From the sequence record MH460460.1: a DNA stretch of 64,000 bases; one strand, written 5' to 3'. The position numbers and the translations under genes were made by a program. This document shows, in pieces, positions 9,708-19,032 of this stretch. Below the pieces are notes generated by a model. The model was not told the origin of the DNA and did not search any database. It worked only from the letters and a program-made list of their open reading frames with translations. Positions within the stretch are counted from its first letter, which is position 1, and each line of letters starts with the position of its first letter.

Positions 9708-10043
9708 ATGTCTACTATCTCTGACGTGAAAGGTATTGTTGCTTGTGTACTGGCTAACCCGGTTACGCTTCCTCTTACTGTTGCGTTTGGTAGCGCTCAC
9801 GTCGATCCGGAATACCAACTCGAAATAACCGAGCGCGATATGCAGGATGTAACGCCGCTCGATCTGGAAGAACAGACAGTGCTTCTTAATGCACGCATCG
9901 ACGCTAATAAAAACGTGCGTTACATTTTAATCGGCGAGTGGAATGCGCTCGAATCTTTCATGAAAGAAAATTTCCGCGTCGGTAGTTATCATTCGTACAT
10001 GCAGAAACTTGAAGCCGAAGATAAATACCGCAACAAGATTTAA
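9708..10043 (+). CDS. Hypothetical protein
   Basis: AAGGA RBS, ATG 9708, directly downstream of promoter copy 1. Confidence 0.8.
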   Translation: MSTISDVKGIVACVLANPVTLPLTVAFGSAHVDPEYQLEITERDMQDVTPLDLEEQTVLLNARIDANKNVRYILIGEWNALESFMKENFRVGSYHSYMQKLEAEDKYRNKI

Positions 10044-10105
10044 ATAAAAGCTCATGCGCTCAAACAAGGGCGCATTTCTCTCAAAATCGTTTAAGGATAA
10101 ATTTT

Positions 10106-10585
10106 ATGTACACGTTAAATCAAATCGTTCAGAAGATCATTAACCACGTTCCGGACGTGGCAGAAATCAGTCACATCGAATTCATTCATAAAAGCGGTTG
10201 TGATTATGTTTACTTCCAACTGCACGGCATTACTTATCGTGTTGATGCTGGCTTGTCTGTTGAAGAGAAAGACGGTTCGTTTTTAGTTTCTTCTCAGGCC
10301 GCACGAAATATTCAGGCTGTTCTCCGTGGCGAACGTAAAACGCTTATCAATACAGAAGCGCGTAACAAAGCGGTTGACGATATCGTTAACAACGCATCGC
10401 ACATTGAATTGCAGGAAGTTCTGATCGGTATTGGCGAGCCGGAAGAAGGTTCGTTAGAAGAGTTGCAGAAAGCGGTGCGTGATTGGCTGCACGGCGATAG
10501 CAAAATGCTGATCGAGAAAATGGAAATCATCTGGCTGTTCTTCGGTCATGATAAAGCAACTGCATTCAATGAGGCGTTTCGCTAA
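10106..10585 (+). CDS. Hypothetical protein with HeH/SAP-like C-terminal module
   Basis: SHIELQEVLIGIGEPEEGSLEELQKAVRDWL resembles the SAP/LEM/Rho-N pattern. Confidence 0.75.
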   Translation: MYTLNQIVQKIINHVPDVAEISHIEFIHKSGCDYVYFQLHGITYRVDAGLSVEEKDGSFLVSSQAARNIQAVLRGERKTLINTEARNKAVDDIVNNASHIELQEVLIGIGEPEEGSLEELQKAVRDWLHGDSKMLIEKMEIIWLFFGHDKATAFNEAFR

Positions 10586-11100
10586 TGGACATTCAAACGA
10601 TTTTGAAATACACGCCGGAACAGTACAAAGAAAAAGTAACTGTTGCCCTCAACAACTACGCGCCGATTGTTGAACAATTTCAGGAAGAGATTTTCACGCG
10701 ACTTAGAGAAGTGTCAAACAAGCCATACATCACGGCAGCAAGTGAATATCTCTTTCCGGTGAAAAACATTTCTATTTATATGCGCTACGGCGCTGGTCGT
10801 GCTGGTCGCTACGGTCATGATACATTGTGCATTGCGAACATCGAAGTTCCAAAACGTCTGGAACACAAAGGCTTCTTTACTGCGCTGATCTTTTCTCTGA
10901 TTGCAGAATGCCAGCAACGCAAAATCATTCTTATGGTGGAGAATCCGCTGGAAAGATTCTTTCAGGATTTTCTTTTGCGTATTGGTTTTATCTGTCCGAA
11001 CCGAAATGGTTTAGGGATCGGCACTTTCCATCGTCCGATTGACGAAGGCCAGATTAGCCTTTACCCGTTCTACAATATGGATAAAGAACATGCAGAATAA
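10585..11100 (+). CDS. GNAT-fold acetyltransferase-like protein
   Basis: IANIEVPKRLEHKGFF resembles motif A; FLLRIGF resembles motif B. Confidence 0.55.
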   Translation: MDIQTILKYTPEQYKEKVTVALNNYAPIVEQFQEEIFTRLREVSNKPYITAASEYLFPVKNISIYMRYGAGRAGRYGHDTLCIANIEVPKRLEHKGFFTALIFSLIAECQQRKIILMVENPLERFFQDFLLRIGFICPNRNGLGIGTFHRPIDEGQISLYPFYNMDKEHAE

Positions 11101-11515
11101 TTACGCTGTTAATATGGTCGCTGGTTTCATTCGTGAGATAGCGCGAGCGCCGCATCGAATCTTTAACGAAGTTCCAATTCGTTTTGGTTCCGGCGAAACT
11201 GTTGTGTCAGTAGAAAAAGAATCGCACGCAGTTGTTGCAACGTTAGTTGATTGTCCGATTGAATCGCACGAAGAACTTTTAGCATTCGTTAATGCTACGT
11301 TCAAACAGCTTTCCGGATATCGCGCTACGTTGCGTTTTCTTGGCGGTACGGATCTGAATCAATACGCCGACGATCATTTGCATGAACTCACTGAACACTG
11401 GCAATGCAAATATGATGTTGTGCGAACTGGTTATTATTCTCTGGAAGTGTTTCGTTGTCTTCCATACAAAGAAGGGCGAAAAAGTGAAATTTCGCAAACT
11501 GCTGACCCGCAATAA
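11090..11515 (+). CDS. Hypothetical protein
   Basis: ORF overlapping the upstream stop; start approximate. Confidence 0.7.
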   Translation: MQNNYAVNMVAGFIREIARAPHRIFNEVPIRFGSGETVVSVEKESHAVVATLVDCPIESHEELLAFVNATFKQLSGYRATLRFLGGTDLNQYADDHLHELTEHWQCKYDVVRTGYYSLEVFRCLPYKEGRKSEISQTADPQ

Positions 11516-11759
11516 AAACAGGCGCTCCATTTCCGCAAGCTGTTTTATCGGACGTTTGTTTTTCGAAATTGGCGTAGGGCGTGAGTTATGGTACTTCACG
11601 CGCTTTGGTAAAAATAACGATCATCGCATTTATCATTTGGTTCATGTGGGTGTTACGCGTCTGGTGAATCCTAGCGGCGAAGCGCACACTGATATGTTGG
11701 TGATCTCATTTCTCCTGCTGAATATTAAATTTGGCTGGATGACAATTAAGGATAAGTAA
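11484..11759 (+). CDS. Hypothetical protein
   Basis: Fills the gap; GTG 11484 chosen; TAATG overlap with the next gene. Confidence 0.5.
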   Translation: MKFRKLLTRNKNRRSISASCFIGRLFFEIGVGRELWYFTRFGKNNDHRIYHLVHVGVTRLVNPSGEAHTDMLVISFLLLNIKFGWMTIKDK

Positions 11760-11977
11760 TGGCTGATTACACCAAAGAAGTGCTTGAGCAAATGAACATT
11801 GCTCAACTCACTGACATTGCCGACGAGTTTCGTTTGTATGAGGATATGCACGACGACGATGACGCTCCTGATCAATCGGAAATGATTGAAGATATTCTGG
11901 CAGAACAAGAACGTTTGAGTCGTGCTAACGAATATTCTTTGAACCGTCTGAAAAATTCTATTCTTACGCGAGACTAA
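11759..11977 (+). CDS. Small acidic protein, stand-alone HeH/Rho-N-like module
   Basis: LEQMNIAQLTDIADEFRL...DQSEMIEDIL. Confidence 0.7.
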   Translation: MADYTKEVLEQMNIAQLTDIADEFRLYEDMHDDDDAPDQSEMIEDILAEQERLSRANEYSLNRLKNSILTRD

Positions 11978-11978
11978 A

Positions 11979-12737
11979 ATGCCGAAACCTAAAAAACAAA
12001 CTCTGTTCGATTCGCTGCACGCCAAATTCTTCACAAAGAATCCGTGCGCACAAATGCAAGATATTCTGCGCATCGTTGTGGTGAAGCCTGTTAACTCTCT
12101 TCACTTCAAATTGGTTGTGCGTCCTGCTGCATGGAATCAACACGAAGAAAACTTTCGTGAGATTTCTATTAGACGTGCCGAACTGCATTACGTCGATATA
12201 ATCTGCACGCAGGGAACTTTCGCTGATAGCACTCACGCCGAAACAATGGAACAGGCGATGGATGCAATCTATAAATATCTTTCGGCACGAAGCATAGCCC
12301 GAACAAAACTTTTCGACGCTGCTGCTGTTTACGCGCACACGTTGAGAAATAGCGGTGCCGCTGGCGTTTCAGTTTCTGATTGTATTGACCGGATCATCAT
12401 TCGTGATTTATCTGTAAACTACTCTACAGAACTGCACATAACGCAGAAAAGCAACGGCAGAATTACAATGTCGTTGTATGCGAACGGCGAACTTTCATTT
12501 TGTACCGAACCACAAACGGAACAGCAACTAATAGACAAAGCAACTTACGTTTTGTTTGGCGGTGGTCCGGTTGAGGACGCGCTACCTAAATTGCTTCGCC
12601 ACGAAGTTAAAGCCGTGACTCAAATGTTGGAGAAATACAATGTCAATCTTAACGAGGACACAATCACTTTTAAGAAGGAAGATTTTTTCTCCTTTGTTGG
12701 CGATCTTGTTCAGCACAAAGCGCCGGGCAAGAATTAG
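11979..12737 (+). CDS. Hypothetical protein
   Basis: 252-aa ORF in operon context. Confidence 0.8.
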   Translation: MPKPKKQTLFDSLHAKFFTKNPCAQMQDILRIVVVKPVNSLHFKLVVRPAAWNQHEENFREISIRRAELHYVDIICTQGTFADSTHAETMEQAMDAIYKYLSARSIARTKLFDAAAVYAHTLRNSGAAGVSVSDCIDRIIIRDLSVNYSTELHITQKSNGRITMSLYANGELSFCTEPQTEQQLIDKATYVLFGGGPVEDALPKLLRHEVKAVTQMLEKYNVNLNEDTITFKKEDFFSFVGDLVQHKAPGKN

Positions 12738-12897
12738 TTTAGCCGTAGCGTTTGCCCTGTACATTTGCTTTATCCTGTTTGACGCGTTTGTTTATCACGT
12801 CTCACAACCTGTTCGCATGTTCGTTATTTTCATTGCGAGCGTATTCTTCGGTCACGCTTTGTTTCAGGCGTTTCCGATCAGGAGTCGTCGGTCATGA
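12640..12897 (+). CDS. Small two-TM membrane protein (start uncertain)
   Basis: Hydrophobic segments ISLAVAFALYICFILF and MFVIFIASVFFGHALF. Confidence 0.5.
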   Translation: MSILTRTQSLLRRKIFSPLLAILFSTKRRARISLAVAFALYICFILFDAFVYHVSQPVRMFVIFIASVFFGHALFQAFPIRSRRS

Positions 12898-12989
12898 TTG
12901 AGTACGGCGACATAAAATTCCATATGTCAAACCGTCGATTCTGGTTTTGGATCGCGGTTGCACTATTTCTTATAATCTCTCTTAATTGA
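12894..12989 (+). CDS. 31-aa membrane peptide (below the ORF-track cutoff)
   Basis: GGAG RBS, ATGA overlap, MIEYGDIKFHMSNRRFWFWIAVALFLIISLN. Confidence 0.55.
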   Translation: MIEYGDIKFHMSNRRFWFWIAVALFLIISLN

Positions 12990-13003
12990 GGAAAGGTACT
13001 AAA

Positions 13004-13597
13004 ATGAAAAACTTCTTTGCAAAATTCTTCGACCTTCGCGCTTACGACAATTGGAATCTCGGCGCGTTTTTCATTCTCTTCATTGTCTACGCTGTTATGG
13101 ATGTTTTCATTCCGGACGGTTACGAGACTCTGTATCTGATTCTCGCAATCGGGCTTAACATTGCAGTGCTTGTTTTTGATCAGAATGAATTGCGTAAAGC
13201 CGAAGCCAATGTGCCGTCTGCGTGGTGGATTCTTTTGATGCCTGTTTACGTTTATATGCGTGAGAAAAAGAATGGCAAAAAGAATCTGCGCGTCGCTCAT
13301 GCGTATCTGCTGCTTATGCTTGCCTCAATGCTTTTCGGTTTCAGTGCTGATAACGCTCGCAATCCGGAACGCGTTGCCGCCGATGTGTGTCCTATTGTTG
13401 ACACGATTGATCTGTATCGTAACGCTCGCATTACCTGCACGCGTGCATACAACTTCACCGAACAGTATGACGGTTTCTGGAAAGGCCGTGTCCATCTTTC
13501 GAATAACATGATTGTGTCTGTCACTGCTGATTACAATCAGAAAGATGGTTCTGTTTACGTTCAGACTCAGGGGATCTCGGATGACGCAGGTTACTAA
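13004..13597 (+). CDS. Multi-pass membrane protein with a soluble C-terminal domain
   Basis: Four hydrophobic segments in the N-terminal half; RBS before ATG 13004. Confidence 0.8.
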   Translation: MKNFFAKFFDLRAYDNWNLGAFFILFIVYAVMDVFIPDGYETLYLILAIGLNIAVLVFDQNELRKAEANVPSAWWILLMPVYVYMREKKNGKKNLRVAHAYLLLMLASMLFGFSADNARNPERVAADVCPIVDTIDLYRNARITCTRAYNFTEQYDGFWKGRVHLSNNMIVSVTADYNQKDGSVYVQTQGISDDAGY

Positions 13598-13931
13598 GAA
13601 ACGCTACTGCCCGGAAACGGGAGTTGAGTTGCGCGAGGCGCTTGGAATTCCGCGTGTCGTGATCGTATGCCATATGATCGAACGCGAACGCGGTAGCGGT
13701 AAACGTCCTGATGGTTTCGTTTACTGCGAGAGCAAAGAGAACTTGCAGAAGTTTTCAGAGTTTATCTATCAGCAAAAAGTTTCTTCGCGTGGTGAGTGTT
13801 ACTCTGAAATCCTCAACACTGAATTGGTTCAGGTCAGTGAAGAATATCTCAAAGAACTTTCCAAACATCGTGATGATCTTCATCGTCCGTGGATTTGGGA
13901 AAACTCCAGCAAGCACAATGTTATTGTGTGA
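13581..13931 (+). CDS. Hypothetical protein
   Basis: ATG 13581 with purine-rich RBS. Confidence 0.75.
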   Translation: MTQVTKKRYCPETGVELREALGIPRVVIVCHMIERERGSGKRPDGFVYCESKENLQKFSEFIYQQKVSSRGECYSEILNTELVQVSEEYLKELSKHRDDLHRPWIWENSSKHNVIV

Positions 13932-13939
13932 GGTGAGCT

Positions 13940-14290
13940 ATGAAAATTGACAGCACGGTAATACGAGAACTTGTGTTGAAGCAACACGAATTCCGTTCAG
14001 AGTTGTCTAACGCCGACGCGCTGTTGTGTGTATCGCAATTTGCGGCGCTGGCTGCAACTGGTTTTCCGGTTGTTGCTGGTTTTACTATGGAAGAAGTGCC
14101 GGACGGTCAAAAGGGAATTCAAGTTGTATTCCCTGATTACGGAATTCTTTCTCAAGTCACAAAAGAAGATATGCGTGAAGTTGAAAAGCGTCTCGTCGCA
14201 GATTACGATTGGGGAAGTGCTGCAATTGAACGCGGAAGTTTTTACAGCGGATTTAAAGGCCGTTCGTTCCGTTTGATTCTCCTGTATTAA
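13940..14290 (+). CDS. Hypothetical protein
   Basis: GAGGTG RBS. Confidence 0.8.
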   Translation: MKIDSTVIRELVLKQHEFRSELSNADALLCVSQFAALAATGFPVVAGFTMEEVPDGQKGIQVVFPDYGILSQVTKEDMREVEKRLVADYDWGSAAIERGSFYSGFKGRSFRLILLY

Positions 14291-14301
14291 GGAAACAAAA
14301 A

Positions 14302-14550
14302 ATGCCAATGTCATTTCCAGATTTTGATTCACTGAAACGTCGTGCAACTCAACGCAATTTTCGTCAACCTAATCCTGACGAAACTGAACAGGAATTCCGC
14401 GCCGCTTTTGCTGATTACATGTTGGAAGTTGATCGCGTCGAAAGCGCAGAAATCCGAACGGGAAAAGGTTGGGATGAAATGCAAGATGATCCTGCCGCCA
14501 TGTTGCGAGCGATGGGATTAGGCGACGTTGTGGATTCGATTCGCAACTAA
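14302..14550 (+). CDS. Hypothetical protein
   Basis: AAGGA RBS, followed by a terminator. Confidence 0.8.
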   Translation: MPMSFPDFDSLKRRATQRNFRQPNPDETEQEFRAAFADYMLEVDRVESAEIRTGKGWDEMQDDPAAMLRAMGLGDVVDSIRN

Positions 14551-14556
14551 AATAAA

Positions 14557-14587
14557 AGGGAGTGGGCGAAAGCTCATTCCCTTTTTT
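14557..14587 (+). terminator. Intrinsic terminator, identical to 4754-4783
   Basis: Same GAAA-tetraloop hairpin followed by Ts. Confidence 0.85.
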
Positions 14588-14626
14588 GGCTTCTCCTACC
14601 GGATTCATAGGAAGCGGATAAGGCAA

Positions 14627-14683
14627 ATACACAAATCCTTGTCCAAAATCTAGCTGGTTTTGGCTCCAGTTTTCAGGCATACT
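14627..14683 (+). promoter_or_regulatory. Bipartite-box promoter, copy 2
   Basis: ATACACAAA-N4-TGTCCAAAA-N29-CATACT. Confidence 0.7.
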
Positions 14684-14714
14684 AAAAGGGCACCAACTAC
14701 ACCAATATAAGGAA

Positions 14715-14993
14715 ATGAATATGACCACTTTAACCCCGCTCGACCGCAAGAATGTTCAGACCGTGCTTACTGTTCTTTTCGAGGAAAAAGAATCCGAACG
14801 GAAGAGAAAGAACTTACGTGTAAGCACACGGCAGTTTTTGAAACTGGCGCATATTCCTTCTGTACGAAAAACGGAAGCACTTGATATGATCAAAACGGTT
14901 TCACGTTCTGCCAAATTCAGATCGACGTTTGGCAAATGGATAATGACAATCGATCAGGCAAACAGAGATAGCATTTTATTCATGCAGCCTTAA
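14715..14993 (+). CDS. Small basic hypothetical protein
   Basis: AAGGA RBS, downstream of promoter copy 2. Confidence 0.75.
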   Translation: MNMTTLTPLDRKNVQTVLTVLFEEKESERKRKNLRVSTRQFLKLAHIPSVRKTEALDMIKTVSRSAKFRSTFGKWIMTIDQANRDSILFMQP

Positions 14994-15001
14994 ACATTGT
15001 G

Positions 15002-15026
15002 AAGGGCATTCGAAAGAGTGCTCTTT
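15002..15026 (+). terminator. Probable terminator hairpin
   Basis: AAGGGCATTC-GAAA-GAGTGCTCTT. Confidence 0.6.
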
Positions 15027-15057
15027 GAAATGTTAACAACCCAATAAGGAAATAGTT

Positions 15058-15486
15058 ATGACTCGTCGCATTTACCCACGTCGCAATGAAGTTTATACGC
15101 TGGCTCAAATTCAAAACGAACTGGCATTGCGCGATGGCCCTTCGCTAAACTTTGTTGTGCGTGCGAAAGACGGCTCAAAAATTGAAGCCTGCTTGCAAGA
15201 TTCGCATGTAACGGAAGCGGAACTTTTATCGGTTCCCGGTTTCGCTGATTCGAAATGGCGCTACCACTACGAAACCCACGAATGGATTCCGGTGTTCTAC
15301 TACTCCGATGAAAACGAAAAACCGATTACGGATTTCATCGACTTTGAAGAACATATCGATCCATATCGCAAGGAACCGGATCTGTGGTGTACGCCGAAAG
15401 GTTTTCCACGCGAACAGTATTACTATCGCGATGAGCATGGTGTGATTCGCCGCCGTCATGATGGTAAGCGTCACAACGAATACTAA
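15058..15486 (+). CDS. Hypothetical protein
   Basis: AAGGA RBS. Confidence 0.8.
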   Translation: MTRRIYPRRNEVYTLAQIQNELALRDGPSLNFVVRAKDGSKIEACLQDSHVTEAELLSVPGFADSKWRYHYETHEWIPVFYYSDENEKPITDFIDFEEHIDPYRKEPDLWCTPKGFPREQYYYRDEHGVIRRRHDGKRHNEY

Positions 15487-15546
15487 AAGATGGATGGGGG
15501 ATCATCAAATCCCCCTCCTTTGGTTTAAGAATAGGGAAAAACGGTA

Positions 15547-15894
15547 ATGGCTTTTCAATCCTTAAAATCTGCGCGTGTTGATATTTCCAAATCCAAAGAA
15601 GTTCAAAAAGACTTTGCAAGCCTTTGCTATACCGGGGCGTTGCGTCTAGCTGTCCGTAAAGATATTCGCGATGAAATAGAAGTTGATTTTGAAACCCTAT
15701 CTCTGCGTTTTCCTGTCAAATATTACTGCCCCGGAAGCCCGAAACTGAGTCTATCTATCGGGCAGTCAGTCGCACAACAATTTTTAAAAGATCCGCGATT
15801 AGTTTCTAGTTCAAACCGCACGTTGCGTACCACAAACATAACCCGCGACGGTGCTTACGCTATTCTCCACTTTTTACAGGAAGAAAAATCATGA
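15547..15894 (+). CDS. Hypothetical protein
   Basis: 115-aa ORF. Confidence 0.75.
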   Translation: MAFQSLKSARVDISKSKEVQKDFASLCYTGALRLAVRKDIRDEIEVDFETLSLRFPVKYYCPGSPKLSLSIGQSVAQQFLKDPRLVSSSNRTLRTTNITRDGAYAILHFLQEEKS

Positions 15895-16184
15895 GTGCAA
15901 TATCCGATGATATGAAAAAACACAACGGCTCTTTCACACGCACGGCAAGCAGTACACATTGCTGTTCGTTGTGGCACATTCCGGGAATGTGTGATTATCA
16001 TCTTGCAAAGTCTGTTGTTGTTTTCTTTGACAACAAAGATGATGCAGAAAATTTCTGCCGTCCTAATTCCATGCCTCCGGAAATGTGCGAGGTTTACGAT
16101 TTCTCAAATAAAATTTGGGATGATCATTTCTCAATGGGTAAGTACGGCGAGTACGGAATCTTCACCCACGAAAATCACTGTTAA
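15891..16184 (+). CDS. Hypothetical protein (Cys/His-rich)
   Basis: ATGA overlap, AGGA RBS. Confidence 0.75.
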   Translation: MSAISDDMKKHNGSFTRTASSTHCCSLWHIPGMCDYHLAKSVVVFFDNKDDAENFCRPNSMPPEMCEVYDFSNKIWDDHFSMGKYGEYGIFTHENHC

Positions 16185-16193
16185 GGAATTGCT

Positions 16194-16979
16194 ATGAACA
16201 GCAAACTTGCTCTTATTGCCGCTATTTGTGTTGAAGCATTTACTAAGAACGAAACTGATAACATCGCAACGATTACCGTTCGTGCTCTCCTGCAATCTGC
16301 GAACATCACAATCCAACCAAACAAAATCATTTTTGAAAGCGAAGACTTCGCTGATGATTGCGCTGTCGTTGCCGAACTTACTTGCGCTGGTGAAAACATT
16401 CGCATTGAATCCAAAATGTACGACGATTCTTTTATGGATGCGTCGGATTTTGAGGATGCGCGTACCGTTGTTTTCTCCGAAGCAACTCACTCCCTCCAAT
16501 TTGTCTGCTCTCAATTGGCGAGTCTAACTCTCGATCCGGAATTCTCAATCGTTCCTCTGGAAGACACTCGCGTATGTGGTGTGAAAAATTCTTATGCCGC
16601 AGACAACGAAGACGTGCTGGACGAGTACGACGATTTTGAAGAACGCGATCCTGTTCAGCTTAAAGCAAAACGCATTGCTTTCTTGGACAAGCATTTCGGT
16701 ACTCCTGAATTTATTCGTATGTGCGAAGAGATTGACGTGCCTGCCTTTGAAAACAAAAAGCAAGCTATTTCCTATTTCGAGCATACGGAAGATGATCCAG
16801 AATCGACAATGAATATTGTTGATACGTTTGAAACGTACATGGAACTTGATACTTCCAGTTACGATTGGGATGACCGTTACGATTTGATGGAATCAATCAT
16901 TGAAAAGATTGATAAAGATATCAAATCGAAAAATGATCGTAAGTCTCTTCTGTCAAAAATCCGCGAGTGGATAAAATGA
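16194..16979 (+). CDS. Acidic hypothetical protein
   Basis: AAGGA RBS, 261 aa, D/E-rich. Confidence 0.85.
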   Translation: MNSKLALIAAICVEAFTKNETDNIATITVRALLQSANITIQPNKIIFESEDFADDCAVVAELTCAGENIRIESKMYDDSFMDASDFEDARTVVFSEATHSLQFVCSQLASLTLDPEFSIVPLEDTRVCGVKNSYAADNEDVLDEYDDFEERDPVQLKAKRIAFLDKHFGTPEFIRMCEEIDVPAFENKKQAISYFEHTEDDPESTMNIVDTFETYMELDTSSYDWDDRYDLMESIIEKIDKDIKSKNDRKSLLSKIREWIK

Positions 16980-17584
16980 ATACTTTCAACGATTATCTTG
17001 CTGCATTAACCTGTCTGCTCGCTGCGATTCTTGTTATCAATATTCTCAATCCGGAAGTGCGCTACGGCTTGCTGCGTTTCTTCACTGGAGATTATACAGA
17101 TGCGGTTGAAGAGGCGTTGAGAACGAAAAAGTTCCCGACGCAATTTCAATATAAGACGGTGACTTTTTCTGGCGATCTTGTTAGCGCTGTTTGGCGTGCG
17201 ACACTATCAAAATCTGAACACAAAGATATCGTTGTGATTCGTATTGGCGATGACCGGATCGCAGATTGGATTCATTCAATCTATAAGTTTCCTGCGTGGC
17301 TTGGTTCACGTCGCATTCGTCTTGGCAGATGTTTTTACGAAGTGGTTCGCGTCGAAAGAAAAGATGATGGCTTGTATATGCACATCTTGCACAAAAAATT
17401 GAATCCAATGTTTCGTTTTTACGTGGCAATTCAGATTCTGGCTATTGTTGGAATGTTTGGCATTTTGATCTACGCGGCATTCAAACACCAGAATCCGGAA
17501 TTCTTCGAACCCGTGATCTACGGATCATTTATTCTTATGGCATTATCGTATCTCTCACTTCACATCAAAGGATCAAGTAAATGA
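16967..17584 (+). CDS. Membrane protein (one N-terminal and two C-terminal TM segments)
   Basis: YLAALTCLLAAILVINIL; FYVAIQILAIVGMFGILIYAAF; VIYGSFILMALSYLSL. Confidence 0.8.
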   Translation: MDKMNTFNDYLAALTCLLAAILVINILNPEVRYGLLRFFTGDYTDAVEEALRTKKFPTQFQYKTVTFSGDLVSAVWRATLSKSEHKDIVVIRIGDDRIADWIHSIYKFPAWLGSRRIRLGRCFYEVVRVERKDDGLYMHILHKKLNPMFRFYVAIQILAIVGMFGILIYAAFKHQNPEFFEPVIYGSFILMALSYLSLHIKGSSK

Positions 17585-18300
17585 AATCAATGACTCGCGT
17601 TATCTCAATTCTTGCTGGAACTGATGAACTGTCAGAGGCGTTTATTTCTGTTCTGCATAAAGCAGATGTAGACGTTAACGTAGATATCGACCGCGTTATT
17701 CTGCTCAACGATTATGGCTCTGCGACGTTGGTTCCAAACGATAACGCCGTTGAAATCGAATCATCCAATCTGCACGGCAGTCGCGTTATCATTAATGATC
17801 CTGTTAGCGCGTTGTTGTTTGCGCTGTATCGTTTGAATCTGCGTCTTGACGTTGAAGATGAAGATCAGATTGGTGTTCTGCCTACCGGGTATCCGGTGCT
17901 TCCGGAACCGCGCTGCACGTTTGCCGATCATAGCGCGAAAGCGTACACCAAAGAACAGATGCTTGAATATGCGCGTGATGCTGTTGTGCGTTTCACTGGC
18001 ATGGCACCGTTTGAAATTGAAGCCGATCCTGTTCCATTCGATGACATGTATAAAGAACATGCCGTTGAATGGTGCGATACTTGCGGCGGTCAGATCGGTG
18101 ATGACTGTTCGTGTGAAGATGAAGAGGGAGACGAAGACGAAGAATGGGAAGACGCTGATTGCGAACATTGCGGCTGCACAAATTGCGATTGCGACATTGA
18201 CGAAGATTCTATTTGTTCAAAATGTCATTCCGCGTCTTGCCAGTGTTTGCCGGATTTCGACGGGCAAGAAGATCCTGAACAGGTGAAGGAGGAACGCTAA
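17581..18300 (+). CDS. Hypothetical protein with an acidic Cys-rich C-terminal tail
   Basis: Three CxxC...CxC units within D/E-rich sequence. Confidence 0.8.
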   Translation: MKSMTRVISILAGTDELSEAFISVLHKADVDVNVDIDRVILLNDYGSATLVPNDNAVEIESSNLHGSRVIINDPVSALLFALYRLNLRLDVEDEDQIGVLPTGYPVLPEPRCTFADHSAKAYTKEQMLEYARDAVVRFTGMAPFEIEADPVPFDDMYKEHAVEWCDTCGGQIGDDCSCEDEEGDEDEEWEDADCEHCGCTNCDCDIDEDSICSKCHSASCQCLPDFDGQEDPEQVKEER

Positions 18301-18962
18301 TGCAGCCTCTCGAACATTTTCGCCTTACAAAAAATCTGAACACTTCTTACTTCGCGTTGAGTGGTCATTGTATTGGCGTGCGTTTGTTTTGGATGCCGAT
18401 GATTACCGAAAAGGGCAGTGAGATTAAATTGCCTGTGATTGCAGATGCAAAAACTTTTGGCACTCACGTAAAAGATTACACAAAAATTCCTGTGCTGCGC
18501 GTTGAGCACGTTACAGAAGATATTGTGAATCGCTCTATCGGTATTCTTTCCATTTTCACTACAAACGTTCTGCGAATTATTTCCGATGAGAGTCCGATGG
18601 CTTACGCGGGAATTATTCCAAATGTGCGCTCCGCAAAAGAAGATGATAGGTTTATTGTTCCTATCGCTGTCGATGTTCAGCCTCGGTTTAATCAGGCTCT
18701 CAACCGAAACATCGACGTTTATGTTTTACACATGAAAGCTCAAGTGAAACTTGCATCGTCTTACATTGACGCACTCCAAAAAGAATTTTGGGATCATGCG
18801 TTGAATGTTCCTGCTGGAATGCGTTGGGGTGAACTTTGCGAACAGGTTGCGGAGGGAAGACTTTCTTTCCCGATCAAACTCAATCCTATCTACATTGATA
18901 CGAATCTTGAATCCGTTCCTCAAGAGGTTGTCGATAAGATTAACGAAAGAAAATTTCGATAA
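18300..18962 (+). CDS. Hypothetical protein, paralog of the next gene
   Basis: Shares the blocks AYAGIIPNVR and WGELCEQVAEG with 19033..19704. Confidence 0.8.
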   Translation: MQPLEHFRLTKNLNTSYFALSGHCIGVRLFWMPMITEKGSEIKLPVIADAKTFGTHVKDYTKIPVLRVEHVTEDIVNRSIGILSIFTTNVLRIISDESPMAYAGIIPNVRSAKEDDRFIVPIAVDVQPRFNQALNRNIDVYVLHMKAQVKLASSYIDALQKEFWDHALNVPAGMRWGELCEQVAEGRLSFPIKLNPIYIDTNLESVPQEVVDKINERKFR

Positions 18963-19032
18963 ACAAGATCCGGAACCACTGATTAAAACTGCGCAGGTTT
19001 CGGCCTGCGTAAAACTGAAATGGAGATTTATT

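Noticed and set aside
18805-19032. Track's 76-aa N-terminal extension of 18805..19704
   Set aside because: It overlaps the upstream gene. ATG 19033 has an RBS and gives a length matching the paralog
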